A stretch of DNA of 54,362 nucleotides, the filler included, from Trichosphaerium sp. ATCC 40318 (taxonomy: Eukaryota; Protista; Tubulinea): the NCBI GenBank assembly GCA_038496445.1. It is 2 parts of 2 records of this genome, joined end to end, with 100 filler letters (N's around TTAATTAATTAA, not from the genome) between each part and the next. Parts side by side here need not be neighbours in the genome. Positions count along the whole stretch, not along the records: positions 30,919 to 54,362 come from JALMLS010000506.1; 1 more part is not named here. One strand, given 5' to 3'. A program made the translations under genes and the position numbers. Below the pieces are notes generated by a model that saw only the letters and a list, made by a program, of their open reading frames with translations, was not told the origin of the DNA and did no database searches. Numbering within the stretch: position 1 is the first letter of the stretch; each line of letters opens with the position of its first letter. Of the stretch, positions 35,690 to 49,239 are shown piece after piece.

Positions 35690-36392
35690 CTATTTAATAA
35701 ACCTTTCCGCGAGCATGCTCTTTTTGTTTCGTTTTTGGCTGTTTCACATTTTGCCCTTTGTAGAAAACGTTTCCAACTAAACAATGCTAGAATCCTATTG
35801 TCCACTGTATCGTACAAAAAATAACATAGACAGGAAGAACATGTATCTTCACTTGACCTTAGTTGGCGTGCAGGCAAAATATTCCTTCGAAATTCCGCCG
35901 AGAGAAGAATTTCAAGGGGAAAAAAGTAGGATTTGAATAGTGATGGGGCAAGAATGACTTAGGTCTATTGAGTCTTACAAAGCAAAACAATTAGAAGACA
36001 GTTTTAATAATAAACCGTAATATTAGAGATGTTTCCACATCCGTTAGAAACGTTTCTGTAACACTGCCAGAGAAATGTGTTCCTTGACACAAGAAACGTT
36101 TCTTATTTTTTACCTTCAAAAACAATACAATCAAGGTCATCCTAGGCATGAGAGAACCGAAATTAGGACCTTTTCTTTCTCACCACTTAATAGGTTAATT
36201 TGGTCAAAAACCTCAACGTGGCTTAAGAGAAACTTGACATTGTGTCATCACACAACTCACGTAACGAACACAAGACCGCTAGCTCGCCATATATAACCAT
36301 GCAAAACCATCCTAGGCGTAAGAAGCCGCTTAAACCCGTGCAGTACGACTTTTTATAACATGTTACGCTAAATTACATTTTTAAGCTTTAAA

Positions 36393-37538
36393 ATGATCCT
36401 TATGCTATTGTCAGCGTGTGTAATACTTTTCTTTCTAAAACCAAACGAAGAGATGTTAAATAAATACAACAAGTGGTTTGAACCAAGCTTAACTATACCT
36501 CCAACAACTCTATCATATTTAAAGAGCATAGATAAAACAGTACGCTACTTGCACTTGGAGTCACGCTAAAACGCATAGAAACCACCTAAAATACCACGCA
36601 TACTCCACCAAATATGGCTAGGCACAGAACCGGTACGGCTAAACAACTTACGTTCATTTTGTATCTTTCCCAAAAGGTACCAAGCGCTAAGTGGTATAAA
36701 TTGAAAGTTTCCTATACCGCTAGGCGTATGGTGCATCGTTTTCGTTCCAGTATTTCCCAGACACGTCAGGAAATCAAAAACACTTTTTTCTTTCTTTGAA
36801 AAAAAAAATCACTGACGTTTTGTTTTTTGGCCAAAACAGCCTCATAAAGAGCTTATGAAAACATGTAAAGCAGCTGCAGAGGAATCCGGATGGAAATACA
36901 AGTTATGGAGAGATGACGATTTTAAAGAAAATGAGTGGATGGTCAACAAAGAACTCTTTAATGGCATACCACCATGCTTAGAAGATGTTAAAAATTGTCA
37001 TGCATCTTCTGATATTGGTCGTTATGAGATACTCAATAAGTATGGAGGTATCTTTGTAGATACTGATTCTCTATGCCTGAGATCTTTTGAGCCTTTAATC
37101 AAAGATCTTGAGGAGAGCGAGTATGATTGTTTTGCTGCTGAGGAAACTAAAGACTCTTACATCGCAAACGGTATACTCGCTTGTCATGATTCTTCTGTTA
37201 CTTTGAGATACATATTAAAAATGATACCTTCTATAAGAGATAAGTGGAAGACTTATAACCCTGTGTGGAAGACAGTAGGTCCAAAATTCTTAAAACTTTC
37301 TAAGACTCAATATGGAGATGAAGATTTTTTTAATTTTCTTGTTCTTCCTTCACATACTTTCTATCCTTATCGTCATAATGAAATGAGAGGACCTGAGAAA
37401 GAAGTACGTGAGTTGTTTGCAACAGCAGATTTAGAAGGTGTCTATACACTTCAATTATGGGCCTCTACTACTTTTTTGAATTATACTGTATTCTCAGACA
37501 GGTATGTTAAACCACAAGGCAGTGTTGCCTCCTGGTAA
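36393..37538 (+). CDS. GT32 (OCH1/SUR1-like DXD) glycosyltransferase
   Basis: N-terminal hydrophobic anchor, KIPRILHQIWLG, WKYKLW, SDIGRYEILNKYGGIFVDTD, TVGP and FYPY. Confidence 0.9.
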
Positions 37539-39059
37539 TTATTTTATTGATTTTTTGTTTTCAAAAAATATTACGGACACCCTACACAAAGTGTCGCTGT
37601 TCTTAAACATGTTTTAAGTCCGAAACGGAACAAAAAGTTTGAGCTACTTTTTTCTTTTCTTTTTGGGATCTCTTGTTCTCATTTTTTTCTTAAGTACAAA
37701 TTTTAAAGCTCACGAGTATTTAGATATGATTTTTCTAAAAGTAAGTTGTTACCAAGACAACAAAAATAGAATCTGTCTGAACCACATGCATTTTTTTTTC
37801 ATACTGTAACAGCTACAGGACGATGTGAAAAAAAAAGAGAAAAAAAATGTACCAAAAAACCTTGTAAAATACACTAGCTAAGACTTCATTTTGTTGCTAC
37901 GCACCAGTACTACGTTGATTTATACTGTATTGACCGTTTATTGTCTTTTTGTTTCAGTCATGACATGAACCGACAGAAGTTTGCGATTTTCTGGTAAGCT
38001 TTGACGCATGTTACGATCAAGGAAACTGGAAACACCTAAAAAAATAAAAAAAGTAATCAAAAAAAAACTAGGTCTAGCCCTTTCGGTTCGTCCCACCATG
38101 CAAAAACAACAAAGGAAACCCTTTAAAAATATAAATATAGAGAGAAATGAGGGAAGATCTTTGGTTCATACCACAACCCAAAACCAAAGATCCCACCTAC
38201 AATTAAAAAAAACTCTCTGAAAAAAAAACTCCTTTGCCAAAAACAATGGCATCCCCAAGAGATTCTACACCGACCTTCAGTCATACGCTAATGAGATGAA
38301 ATCATGTTCCACCAAATCCGACACACTCTTATACTCGGCTGATGGTTCCATGCAAGCCTGAACAAAATCGACCAGCAAACACATCATGGTGAAGCGAGTG
38401 CTCAAAGCGTTTCAAGAATTCTTCCTTCAACTTTTGTAAGACCCTTTAGTAGGAAATTCGTAGTCGGAAGTCTGATTTCATTTGGGTAGACAACACACAA
38501 ATCTTTTCGTCCAAGGCTGCTAAAGGTCTGGGTTTGTATTTTGAAGAACCACCCAAGGAGTCAAACAGAGTAAACTAGTTTAACTAACATTTTGGAAAAA
38601 CTGTTATTTACGTTTAAATCACTACGTTGCTTCTGTACGTTGTTTGGTAATTTAATGAAGTTACTCTAAAACTAACACGTGTAAACAGTAAAAGAGCTAC
38701 TAGTAGGTCAAAATACAATTAACCCTTGCTTAAAAGAGGTACAGCAAAAAGAATGCGAAGCGGAATTGTTCCTCTCGTTCGAGTTTGGGATTTGTTACAG
38801 ATACTACTGTTGGCTATGTACCAACCATACCCGCCCTGGTGACTTTTTATGAAGGTCCAAGCGAAGTGACGAGCCCAACAAAAGCGAACAGCGGTCACTT
38901 GTAGTATTTGCTGTATCACATCTTTTCGAACAAACTCGAACAATTTCGAACCAAACTTTTTTCGAGTTTTCTGTATTATTAATCCATGATAGAAAAACTC
39001 GTTTGGTACGCACGTGGACAATTTAATTCGTGCAAACGCTTTCGCTATCACATTTAAAC

Positions 39060-42000
39060 ATGTCTGATCTTACGCCTACGGAACCAGGTAAGCAAATTTT
39101 TTCAATCCAATTTTGTGTGCGATCACGTTTTTTTGAAAAATTGAAATGGTTCTTCGGCATGCCAAGAATCAATTGGTCAAAACAACGCCAAAATATTTAT
39201 TGCGCAGTTAGTCGTGTGAAGTCATGTAAACAAGCAAAAAAGACAAAACACCTTTTTCATTTTATTGCGACAACACGTTTTGATTTTGAACCAAGTTGGT
39301 CATGTTGAGCATGGCAAGTTTCCTGGGGAGAAGTGCTGGCCAGATGGTACTCTACAATACAAAGGCGAATTTAAGGATGAGAAACGTCATGGTAAGGGAG
39401 TGTATCTTTATCCAAATGGTACCAAATACATTGGACAATTTTACAACGACAAGTTCCATGGTATTGGTGAGAAGTATTGGCCAGATGGTCGTAAATACAT
39501 TGGTGAATTTACAGACAACAGAAAGTCAGCAAGTGGCAGTAAAAAGCAGAAAACTATTGCTGGAAACCCTGACCAGGTTGCTTTTTCTAATATTGTGGAT
39601 ACGACATTCCCTGCTCCTTCTGAAACAATTGTAAATTTACTTATGCCTGACATTAGTTTAACCAAAGCTTTTGCAAGCAAAGTTTCAGTGTATACAAAGT
39701 ATACTTGCGTTCACAACAAATTGTTTGAGAATCCCGACATCATCAATATTGACGAAAAAGCCATTATATTATCACGCGCATGTGGCTCAACAGTATTTGA
39801 AGTATATTCTGAGACGGCATACAATGTTGTTGAAGATGCTATAAAGTTGCACCGCAAGATCCAAGACTTAACCCTTGAGGGTTGTAGTTGTGATTTTGTA
39901 TTTATCTATGACCTTTGTAAAAAAGATCCTGGAATATCACTTCATGAAGGTGCAGTGTCTTTTGTACCACTACCTTTATACTTACCTCTTATACTAATTA
40001 ATTCTTTAATAGTAACAAGTATGGCACGTGGTCATTCTAGAGCACGTGTAATACCCCTAAAAAAGAAGGATAATTTATCAATCGAAATGATACAACAGTT
40101 CCAATGTAACTATTGGTATGGCTTTGCCAAAGTGGATAAGGTATTAAATAGATGTGGTATTGTTAATGGGGTGAGTCATAACAACTATGATTTTGTTGAG
40201 CAATTAGAAGCCAAAATAATGGTTGTAGGCCATGAAGGATCAGGTATTTTATCAAAGTTGGATTATACTGATACGCTAAATATTTACTAGGCAAGACAAC
40301 GCTTGTGAGGACATTGGCAAAGGAAACAAATATAACAGCGGATTCTACAATTGGTTTTGATACATCACATCTTTCGTATGATCTATACTTGTAGCACCAA
40401 TATTTATTGTGCTTAGGTTCCATGGTGTATCATTCACAGTGTTAGACTTTGCTGGACAGACAGAATATAAAGGATTGCACAAGTACTTTTTAGCAAAGCA
40501 ACTTACCATTTACATCATCGTTGTAAGCTCATAGTGAACCTATATCACGCTTGTTTCCTTATCACTCACCAACTTTAGATTGACTTGTCAACATCAATCA
40601 AAGAGCAGCAGGAGCACCTTAAATATTGGTGTCGGGCTTTAAATAAGATACTATGTGACCAAGATCCAAAGTTATACTCAGTGATTGTATTTGGATCCAA
40701 ATTGGATATCTTTTTAGGAGATATCAATGCTAATAAACAAGCATTGCTTCCTATTGGACTATCGCTTGTACAGTACTTGTGCTTAGATGGTACCATTTTT
40801 ATAATGGTTTTTAATTGCTTAGCCTTATTGTTTAGGAACGAGTGCTCTCGTCAAATTATTGGAGCGTCAATCCAAGTACTTGAAGTCCCAATATCCTAGA
40901 GTACCTTCTACGTACATAGATATCAAGAATGTGCTTGAGAAAATCACAAACAAGGATACTCTTGAGGACAACATCATATCAATGTACGTGTTTTGAGTTT
41001 GTTTAATTTTGTTACTAACTAGTACTACAGAAAGAAGCTAATAGAAGAAGAGTTTTTTAAGAACTCCACTATAATGTCTCCGATAGAGTTGATTGCAGCA
41101 TTGAATTACCTTCATTCTACTGGTAGCATCATGTTTGATGAGGTATGTGCTTCTCAAAATAAGAGGTATGCTTGCTAACATTTGCCATATTTAGTCGTCA
41201 TATATGCTGTGTTTGCACCCTCCTATTCTATCTCGTATCATGAGTGCTTTTCTAGCACCCAAAGAACATCTTGATAGATTGATCAAAAACAACAATCACA
41301 ATCACAATGCTGTATTCACTGACTCAGAAGCTAAAGTTCGAATCTCAAAGCTATTTCCAAACTGCACTGAATGTGAAGTGAAGCAGGTGATGAACTTCTT
41401 GGTACAAATGTCGTTCTGCGTTCGCTTGACAGAAGAAGAAAAGGTAACAGATATTGTATGTACTCTACAACTCATAGTCATGTATTTATTTAGGTTGTGT
41501 ATGGTGCTGATGGATACATTATTATATCGCTATTACCTAAAGCTGATATGCTTTACTTTCCTCCATTGACCCAAAAGGAGCAAAGTATTATATTAGTTCA
41601 GACTAAGAACAAGAACCCACATGAGCTATTCTCTTTATCTAAATCACCAACAGAGTGGAAAATATTATCATATACCCCTACAACAGACTCTAAAGTTGAA
41701 CATATAGTGGTAGAAACAGTCACCATAAACAAGGAAAGCAATAAAATAGTACGGCGATTCATAACAATCAAAACTAACAATATCACGTGTTAGTCACTAC
41801 CTGATAAATATGAGGTCATACCACACGTTTCAAAGTTCTTGGCATACACCTTTAATTCGCAAGATCTATCAGTAGACGTATTTAATGACTTGCAGAGAAG
41901 ATTGAGAAGTACGCCAACATGAACGGGTTATGATAAGATACTAAACGCTAAATATAGAGTTTCAAAACAAAGAGTTTCGTTTGTTTTCAAACTTGATTGT

Positions 42001-44083
42001 ACTCTCTGATTTCTATGGTAATATTATCACATTGTATTATATTGATCATAGCATCAAAGTTATCATTAGAGGCATAGCGCCGTGGCTATGGACGGTAATA
42101 ACAAATCAAGTGAAATTGGAAGTTTAGCTGATAACATCTTTAGGAATCTCTTGATGATTATTTAAAATATTTGGACATCACTCCAATTCCACTCTGTCCT
42201 ATTAGCGTACAATTTGGAGAGTTTAATGAAGTTACAAACAATTCATACACGTGCAAGAAAACAAGTGCGTTTTCGGCATACAACTTCCAACTTAACAAAC
42301 TGATTATTCTTAGAACATGTTGTCACTGAGAGTCATTTAAAAGAAGGATTTCCTGTACAAAAACGTGGACGACATAATCTGTGGGGTAGCTTGCACGGAG
42401 AAAAATTTCTTAAAATAGGTGACTGGAAAATACCTCAAAAGTATCCTGGATTACGAATCACGTTTCTCACAAAAGATGAAAAAAGCAAGGTACAAACCAT
42501 ATTCGAATACCTTGACTTTCTTACTAAAAGCATTGGTATAAGGAACGTTATGATGAGTATCTGAGGGCTAGCAACATGTTTCATAAGTTCATGGGAACTG
42601 ATAGTGCTTCATTTTATGAGTTGGAGAAGATTGCGTTCTTGAACAATCCAACGCTTGAAGACAAATTTGAGGAGCAATACAACACTTTTGTCAAGAAAGT
42701 ACTTCAATCTAAAAAATCAGGCAAGTCACACCCTTGATCACCCTTTTTAATTAGTATAGCCATGAACGATGACTCTACTGTGGATGAAGATACACGTAAA
42801 TCACAAGAACGGACTTTGAATCATTTGAAGAGCTACGTGATGCGTGTTTCAGGCAATGAGCAAATCAACCTCATACCTGGATTACACGGTACATCAGAGG
42901 TATATCACATTTATTCTCATTTAAACCAAGAAATAGTTAACATTAGATTTAGGATACCAGTTTTAAGATCGCTTCAGGCAACTTTAAAGAACCTCAGGAG
43001 AATACAAACAAGAAAGACGGAGGATACTTTGGTATGCAAAGTACAACTGATATTAATTAACTAATTGTAACCAGGAAATGGGATTTACTTTACTCAGTAT
43101 CCTGACTGTGGTAAGTCATTTTATGCAACCCTCATGTTTTGTGGCCACTACTCATGTACCACTTTGCATTCTTGTATTAACAACGGAGGTAGGAAGGATA
43201 TATGCTGAATGGGATAAAAAGGAGAAGAATCCGTGCATGTTAATATCATGGATAATGATGGGAAACCCTTATCCAGCGACAGAACAACCAGTGCCTAGTG
43301 ATCCCAACTCTCTTTATGGAAAAGAATGCAAGGTACAACTCTTTTTTTATTCTTATATGACTTCTTAGTTTTGTTTTCAGAAAGGTTACGACTCTCACTA
43401 TGTCCTAACTAAATCGACTGGGTTTCCATGTGGCATTGATGATAAAATAGATCAAAACGAGATTGTTGTATTTTCAAAACACCAAGTAAGTAGACATCAC
43501 CACTTCCATTATTCAACAACCACTTGTTCTTATTTAATGGTTTAGATTCTTCCACGATACCTTGTGTACTATAAAGCAATAGACAGTACCAATATCAAGT
43601 CATATGAACTCAAGTACAGGGATGCTAAATGTCTCGTATTGTGGGTTGACGCTAATCTATCAGTTGAAAACAAGAAGATAATGGAAATGCTTCAAAAAAG
43701 GCCAAAGAAGACAGAGGTAAAAACCAAATAAATCCATTCATCTAAAGAACTGCAAAGGTATTGGTAATGAAGTCATCATTTGAGGTCTTGGCATGGATTG
43801 ATAAGTTCAAAGGATTCTGTAACAACAGGTTGTGTATCATCACCAATACATATCGAAAAGGTGATGGAGATGAGCGAGCAGCAGGGAAGTTGATCAAGAG
43901 CATAAGAAAAATTAAAACATGTGCTAAAACACCTATTCTTGTTTTTTGTGGTATGTCAACTATTAATCACGTGATTTTTTGTTAACAAAGTTATTAGGAG
44001 ACACGTCAAAGGCAAAATACCTCAAGAAAAAATACAAGAAGGTGTCCATCACTAGTAAAGTTCAAGATGTATTGGAGATTTAG
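39060..44083 (+). CDS. Roco-type fusion: MORN repeats - unknown - Roc GTPase - COR - PARP-like ADP-ribosyltransferase - receiver-like domain, ~20 exons
   Basis: MORN: YKGEFKDEKRHGKGVYLYPNGTKYIGQF. Roc: KIMVVGHEGSGKTTL, STIGFD, VLDFAGQTEYKGLHKYFL, YWCRAL, VFGSKLD. COR: VPSTY, ALNYLHSTGSI, LCLHPPILSRIM. ART: LHGTS, GYFGNGIYFT, MGNPY, GYDSHYV, NEIVVF..HQILPRYLVYY. C-terminus: VLWVDAN...CIITNTYRK...TPILVFCG. Confidence 0.82.
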
Positions 44084-45740
44084 GAAGGCCTTGCGCCTTT
44101 GCTCGAATGTGTTGGTAGTTAGAGTTGTACGAAAATGTTGATGTAGCTTGCAAATGGAACCAGATAATAAATATGCAGCTTTCATATGCCAGCTTTAAGG
44201 CCTATACGTCAACAAAGAACATATATAAAACGTCTAGTATCTGTCGCTCCAAAGATGTTTCTAGCGCGTTTTGGGTACTGAGTAAAAGCTTCTCACAAAA
44301 CAAAATCATTAACAATGTGCCTGTTTTTGACCGTTGCGCTTTGCATACTAACACATGGTGATCACAAATGATGACAACCAAAATAAGCATTTGTGATCAC
44401 GTGATTACTTGGGATGTACACTCTATTAGTATAATTAAAATTCATCATATGCTTAACTTGCATTCTGAAAGTATGGTCCGCTATTAATAAAGTACAGTGT
44501 CGGTATGAGGCGCATCAATCTCTTCATAGCACTTGAAATTTATAAACTTTATAAAACAAAATCATGGTTCAGTGTTTAAAAAACAGCTAGATTCCAACAT
44601 TACTATAGTGAACATTGTGAAATTGTTAGATATCTGGCTAATATAGGTACAAACTATGCCTAGTCCTTTACCAACAGATATACTTTATTGCCCGGTAGAA
44701 TATTACTCCTTCCTTCATAAACGTCGTACAACTTGTTTCTGAGTAAGTCTACAATGAACTGAACTAACTTACTTAGAGAGGTGGTAGTAGTGGTCCAGCT
44801 AGCCGGCTACAACAATTCTTAACCGTTTAACTATCAGCTATGAAAATTGGACCTCTAGTTTGCGCTTGAAAGGTAACGCATTTTAATCAACGTGAATCTT
44901 TGGACAGTTTTTTGTCCGTAATTGAGTCGTTGTGAGTTTATTAGTTTATGGAAATTAATTGAGTATAGCACAGGTACGGCGCGTTACCTTTTTATACTAA
45001 AACCAATACTTCCGTTATTATTATGCTATTTACTTCTGCTGACATGTTGCGTTAGTATCACCTGGAAATAAACGTGCCTGGGGTCTACGATTATGAGGAC
45101 ATTCAACATTACGGTATGTTAGCCTAAACCTTTTAAAAAAAAGCTCTCAAGCTAGCTTGCGCGTGAGATTTTATGTTACTGCTGATAAAAACCAAAAAAA
45201 AAATTATCACGTGATTCGAATCAAATATTTAGCGCAACGTAATTACGCTGTAATAAAAGTTTTTAGTGCGGCCTACTGTATTGGTAGTCGACCAAAAATC
45301 TGTCCTTCGTGAAAGAAAACCTACACGAATTTTTCTTTTTCGCCTGATTCCTTTCAAATACGTTGTGAGCTTAGCAGTTGATATTTTTTCTTTGCTGTGC
45401 TGTTACCGATGACAACAATGTCACGGGGTTTGCACTACCTTTTGCGAAAAGTAGTGCAAACTCATTGATTTCCGTTTTTTTTATTTCGCTTGACTGTATT
45501 TGACAACGAAAACTTGTGCGCACGTGGTTATTTTTATCAGATACAGTGCAAACCCACGTGGGGTTTTGTGTTCAAACTACTAAGTTATAAATCCTCCAAA
45601 CCCTCCAGAAAGTCCCAAAGCTGCCATTACCTTTCAGTAGTGTCAGCAGAGTTGTGTTTCATTGACGTAGAATTGTGTACCTGAGATTTAAACACTAGCC
45701 CGGTTCATGACATTTCAGCTACCATAGGGTAACTCTTTAT

Positions 45741-46104
45741 TAACGCCCTTCCGTTATGAATACAAGCAATATTCATATTCATTGTCCCGTAAGCCATATT
45801 CATTAATATTCATTCATGAATATTCATGGGCGTTTGGTGTTAGGATGTTGAGGAGCTTTTGGTTTGTAGCACCTAGCGATGTTCCAAATGGATAGATTCA
45901 ACAAGTTGCATTTGAAAACCGAATCGGAATAGTCAACAGAACACCAAAACCCACAAATCCAGTCAAAATCAGCCATCAAATTGCACAATTTTCGACCGTT
46001 TACTGTGTGCATGAATAATGAATGAATTTTTTTAGTCGTGAATATTTGTGAATGTAGGCTGTATTTGAATATTCAAATTATTCATTCATAACGGAAGGGC
46101 GTTA
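45741..46104 (-). mobile_element. Second MITE copy (364 bp), opposite orientation, 8-bp TSD CTCTTTAT
   Basis: Perfect 21-bp TIRs. CTCTTTAT at 45733-45740 and 46105-46112. Internal sequence is nearly identical to the reverse complement of 16761-17121. Confidence 0.95.
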
Positions 46105-46740
46105 CTCTTTATTAGCGTTTGTCCTTTATTGTCACTTTCAACGATTGTTCTGTTATATGTCTTTAAATTTAGATTCGTGTCTGTTTTGCCCATACGAGCT
46201 GCTAGCAATGCGTCTAGACCGTTATTGTTTGACCTGAAATAATGCTATTTTTTTAGTTAGCTAAATCGTTTTTCAAGATGGTTTGAGAGTACAGGCAACT
46301 GCACTATAGTACACAACCTACCCAATTGCTTAAAACTTGTGCCTTAGTAAATAAGGTAAAGAGGCAACCATTGTTTTGTGTATATACGTGAGTTAGATTT
46401 GTTATTTGGACAGCCTATATTTCTTTTTTGAAACAAAATACCGACCAAAGAATTTGGTGTTAGTTTTTCCCTCACTGTTTTACAGTGCTACATAATAGCT
46501 TTTAAAAGTTTAGCAGTTTCAAACAAAGAGTACTCATGATACATTGCCTCAATGTAATTTTATAGAACTTTGTATAGTCTGTGGTTAGCGAGCATCATTT
46601 CTTGAAAGTATTTTTGGAAAAAATTTTAAACACGTGCTATTTCTATTTTCAAAGCAGCTTTTTAAACTTTCTCAAAGGGTCTACACTGTTAAATATTTGT
46701 TGTCCTTCATATTTCTTATTGTTTTCTTTAGAAATAAAGC

Positions 46741-49239
46741 ATGTCTTCTCCTTCATTGGTGTTACTTGACCTCACATGTGAAATTCAACAATATATTTGT
46801 ACATTCAATGTTGAAGCTTTCACAAAGTTCCATACATTATCAAAGAAAGCAGCAACCAATACTCATTTTGATGGATCATTACAACGTAAAGGGAAATGGA
46901 TCAGATGGTACAAAAGTGGAAAAGTATGGTGCCACGAATATGCTAAAAATGGACAATGCAATAAATGGTACAAGAATGGACAATGTAAGGAACAGTACAT
47001 GTTAGTTGATGGTGTAAAACACGGCACCCATAAAAAATGGTATGAAAACGGTCAACTTGAAGTACAGTTTATGTTTGTTAATGGTAAGCAACACGGCAAA
47101 ACTAAAGAGTGGTATGAAAATGGACAGCTACTAAGACAAACTATGTGGGTCAATGATAAGCAAAATGGTCAACTCAAGGTGTGGTACAAAAATGGACAAC
47201 GTAAGGTTCAAAACATGTGGATTGATGATAAACAATACGGAGAAACAAAGGTGTGGTATGAAAATGGGCAACTTAGAGAGCAAAGCATATGGATTGATGG
47301 TAAGCGAAATGGTCCACTCAAAGTGTGGTATGAAGATGGCCAACTTAGAGAACAAAGCATATGGCTTGATGGTAAAAAAAATGGTGAACAAAAATTATGG
47401 TATAACAATAGTCAACTTAAAGAACAAAGCATGTGGGTTGACGGTAAGGTAAACGGTGAACTCAAAACATGGTATGACAATGGTCAAGTTCGAGAACAAA
47501 GCACATGGATTGATGGTAAACTAAACGGTGAACTCAAAGTATGGTATAACAATAGTCAACTTAAAGAACAAAGCATATGGGTTGATGGTAATAAAAATGG
47601 TGTACTCAAAATATGGTATAAAAATGGTCAGCTTAAAGAACAAAGCATGTGGATTGATGGTAAACTAAATGGTGAACTTAAAATATGGTATAAAGATGGA
47701 CAACTTAGAGAGCAAAGTATGTGGATTGATGGTAATAAAAATGGTGTACTCAAAGTATGGTATAAAGATGGACAACTTAGAGAACAAAGTATGTGGATTG
47801 ATGGTAATAAAAATGGTGTACTCAAAGTATGGTATAAAGATGACCAACTTAGAGAACAAAGCATGTGGGTTGATGGTAAACTAAACGGTGCACGAAAAAT
47901 ATGGTATGAAAATGGTCTTCAAGACCAAAGTATGTGGGTCAATGGTAAACTAAATGGAGAACTCAAAATATGGTATAAAGATGGTCAACTTCGAGAACAA
48001 AGCACATGGGTTGATGATAAACTAAATGGTGAACAAAAAAGGTGGTATGAAGATGGTCAAGTTAGAGAACAAAGCACATGGATTGATGGTAAACTAAACG
48101 GTGAACAAAAAATGTGGTATGAAGATGGCCAAGTTAGAGAACAAAGTATGTGGATTGATGGTAAACTAAACGGTGAACAAAAAAGGTATGAAGATGGTCA
48201 ACTTAGAGGACAAAGAACATGGGTTGATGGTAAACTAAATGGTAAATCCACAGAATGGTATATAAATGGACAACTAAAGATACAATGTATGTTGGTTGAT
48301 GATAATGGCCAATACAAGAAATGGTATGACAACGGACAACTGTGGCTACAAGATACTATAGTTGATGGAAAAAAAATTGAACACAAAAAGTGGTATAAAA
48401 ATGGACGATTACAAACAAAGAGAATGTTTGTTAATGGCAACCAAAATGGTCAATATAAGGCATGGTATGATAATGGACAACTTAAAGAATACAGGGTTGA
48501 AGACATACAGCATTGTGGCGAATATAAAAAATGGTACAAAAATGGACAACTTAATGTTCAATATAAGCATTGATGGTGAACAAATGGGCAGTGCAAAGAA
48601 TGGTATGAAGATGGTAAACTCAAAGAACAAAGCATATGGGTTGATGGTAAGCAAAATGGGCAATACAAGGTATGGTATGAAGGTGGTCAGCTTAAAGAAC
48701 AAAGCATGTGGATTGATGGTAAACTAAATGGTGAACTTAAAATATGGTATAAAGATGGACAACTTAGAGAGCAAAGTATGTGGATTGATGGTAATAAAAA
48801 TGGTATACTCAAAACATGGTATTCAGATGGACAACTTAGAGAACAAAGCATATGGCTTGATGGTAAGCAAAACGGTGAACTCAAAGTATGGTATGAAGAT
48901 GGCCAACTTAGAGAACAAAGTATGTGGGTCAATAATAGAGCACATGGTGACCGCAAGAATTGGCATGAAAATGGAAAATTAGCTGAGCATTCTCGTTATG
49001 AATATGGCACACAACAAGGAGACTACAAGATGTGGTATGATAATGGAGATTTGGTAGAACAAATGGTAATAACTGGTACCACTACAAACAATTTAATGAA
49101 GCGATCAATCAACACCACATTGTTTTCCATAAGTTTTATCATACAGTATTTGCTTGGTTTAGGTACTGTACAAGGGTGTTTTACTCTTCACAATCATATT
49201 AGTCAAAAAGTAAAAGATAACAAACATTTGCGAGTTTAA
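46741..49239 (+). CDS. Intronless F-box-like plus ~25-30 MORN2/YwqK-type 24-aa repeats, frame disruption near 48560-48590
   Basis: N-terminus LLDLTCEIQQYICTF. The repeat WIDGKLNGELKIWYKDGQLREQSM (72 bp) continues in another frame after the stop at 48573 (ORF 48706-49239). Confidence 0.85.

Noticed and set aside
35256-35877. Gly/Val-rich, Gln/His-rich and Trp/Cys-rich ORFs
   Set aside because: These are alternative-frame and antisense shadows of the PTNAP repeat gene.
38240-39020. Possible RNase H-like (LYSADGS) or cysteine-protease-like fragments
   Set aside because: The motifs are too short and interrupted by stops, so they cannot be supported.
44500-45120. Ankyrin-like HCEIVRYLANIG snippet
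   Set aside because: A single short motif with no open model around it.
47100-48950. Regular 72-bp periodic repeats as a possible CRISPR array or DGR template/variable pair
   Set aside because: The units are contiguous coding repeats with no unique spacers, no cas genes, no DGR-type RT and no adenine-specific variation. The context is eukaryotic.
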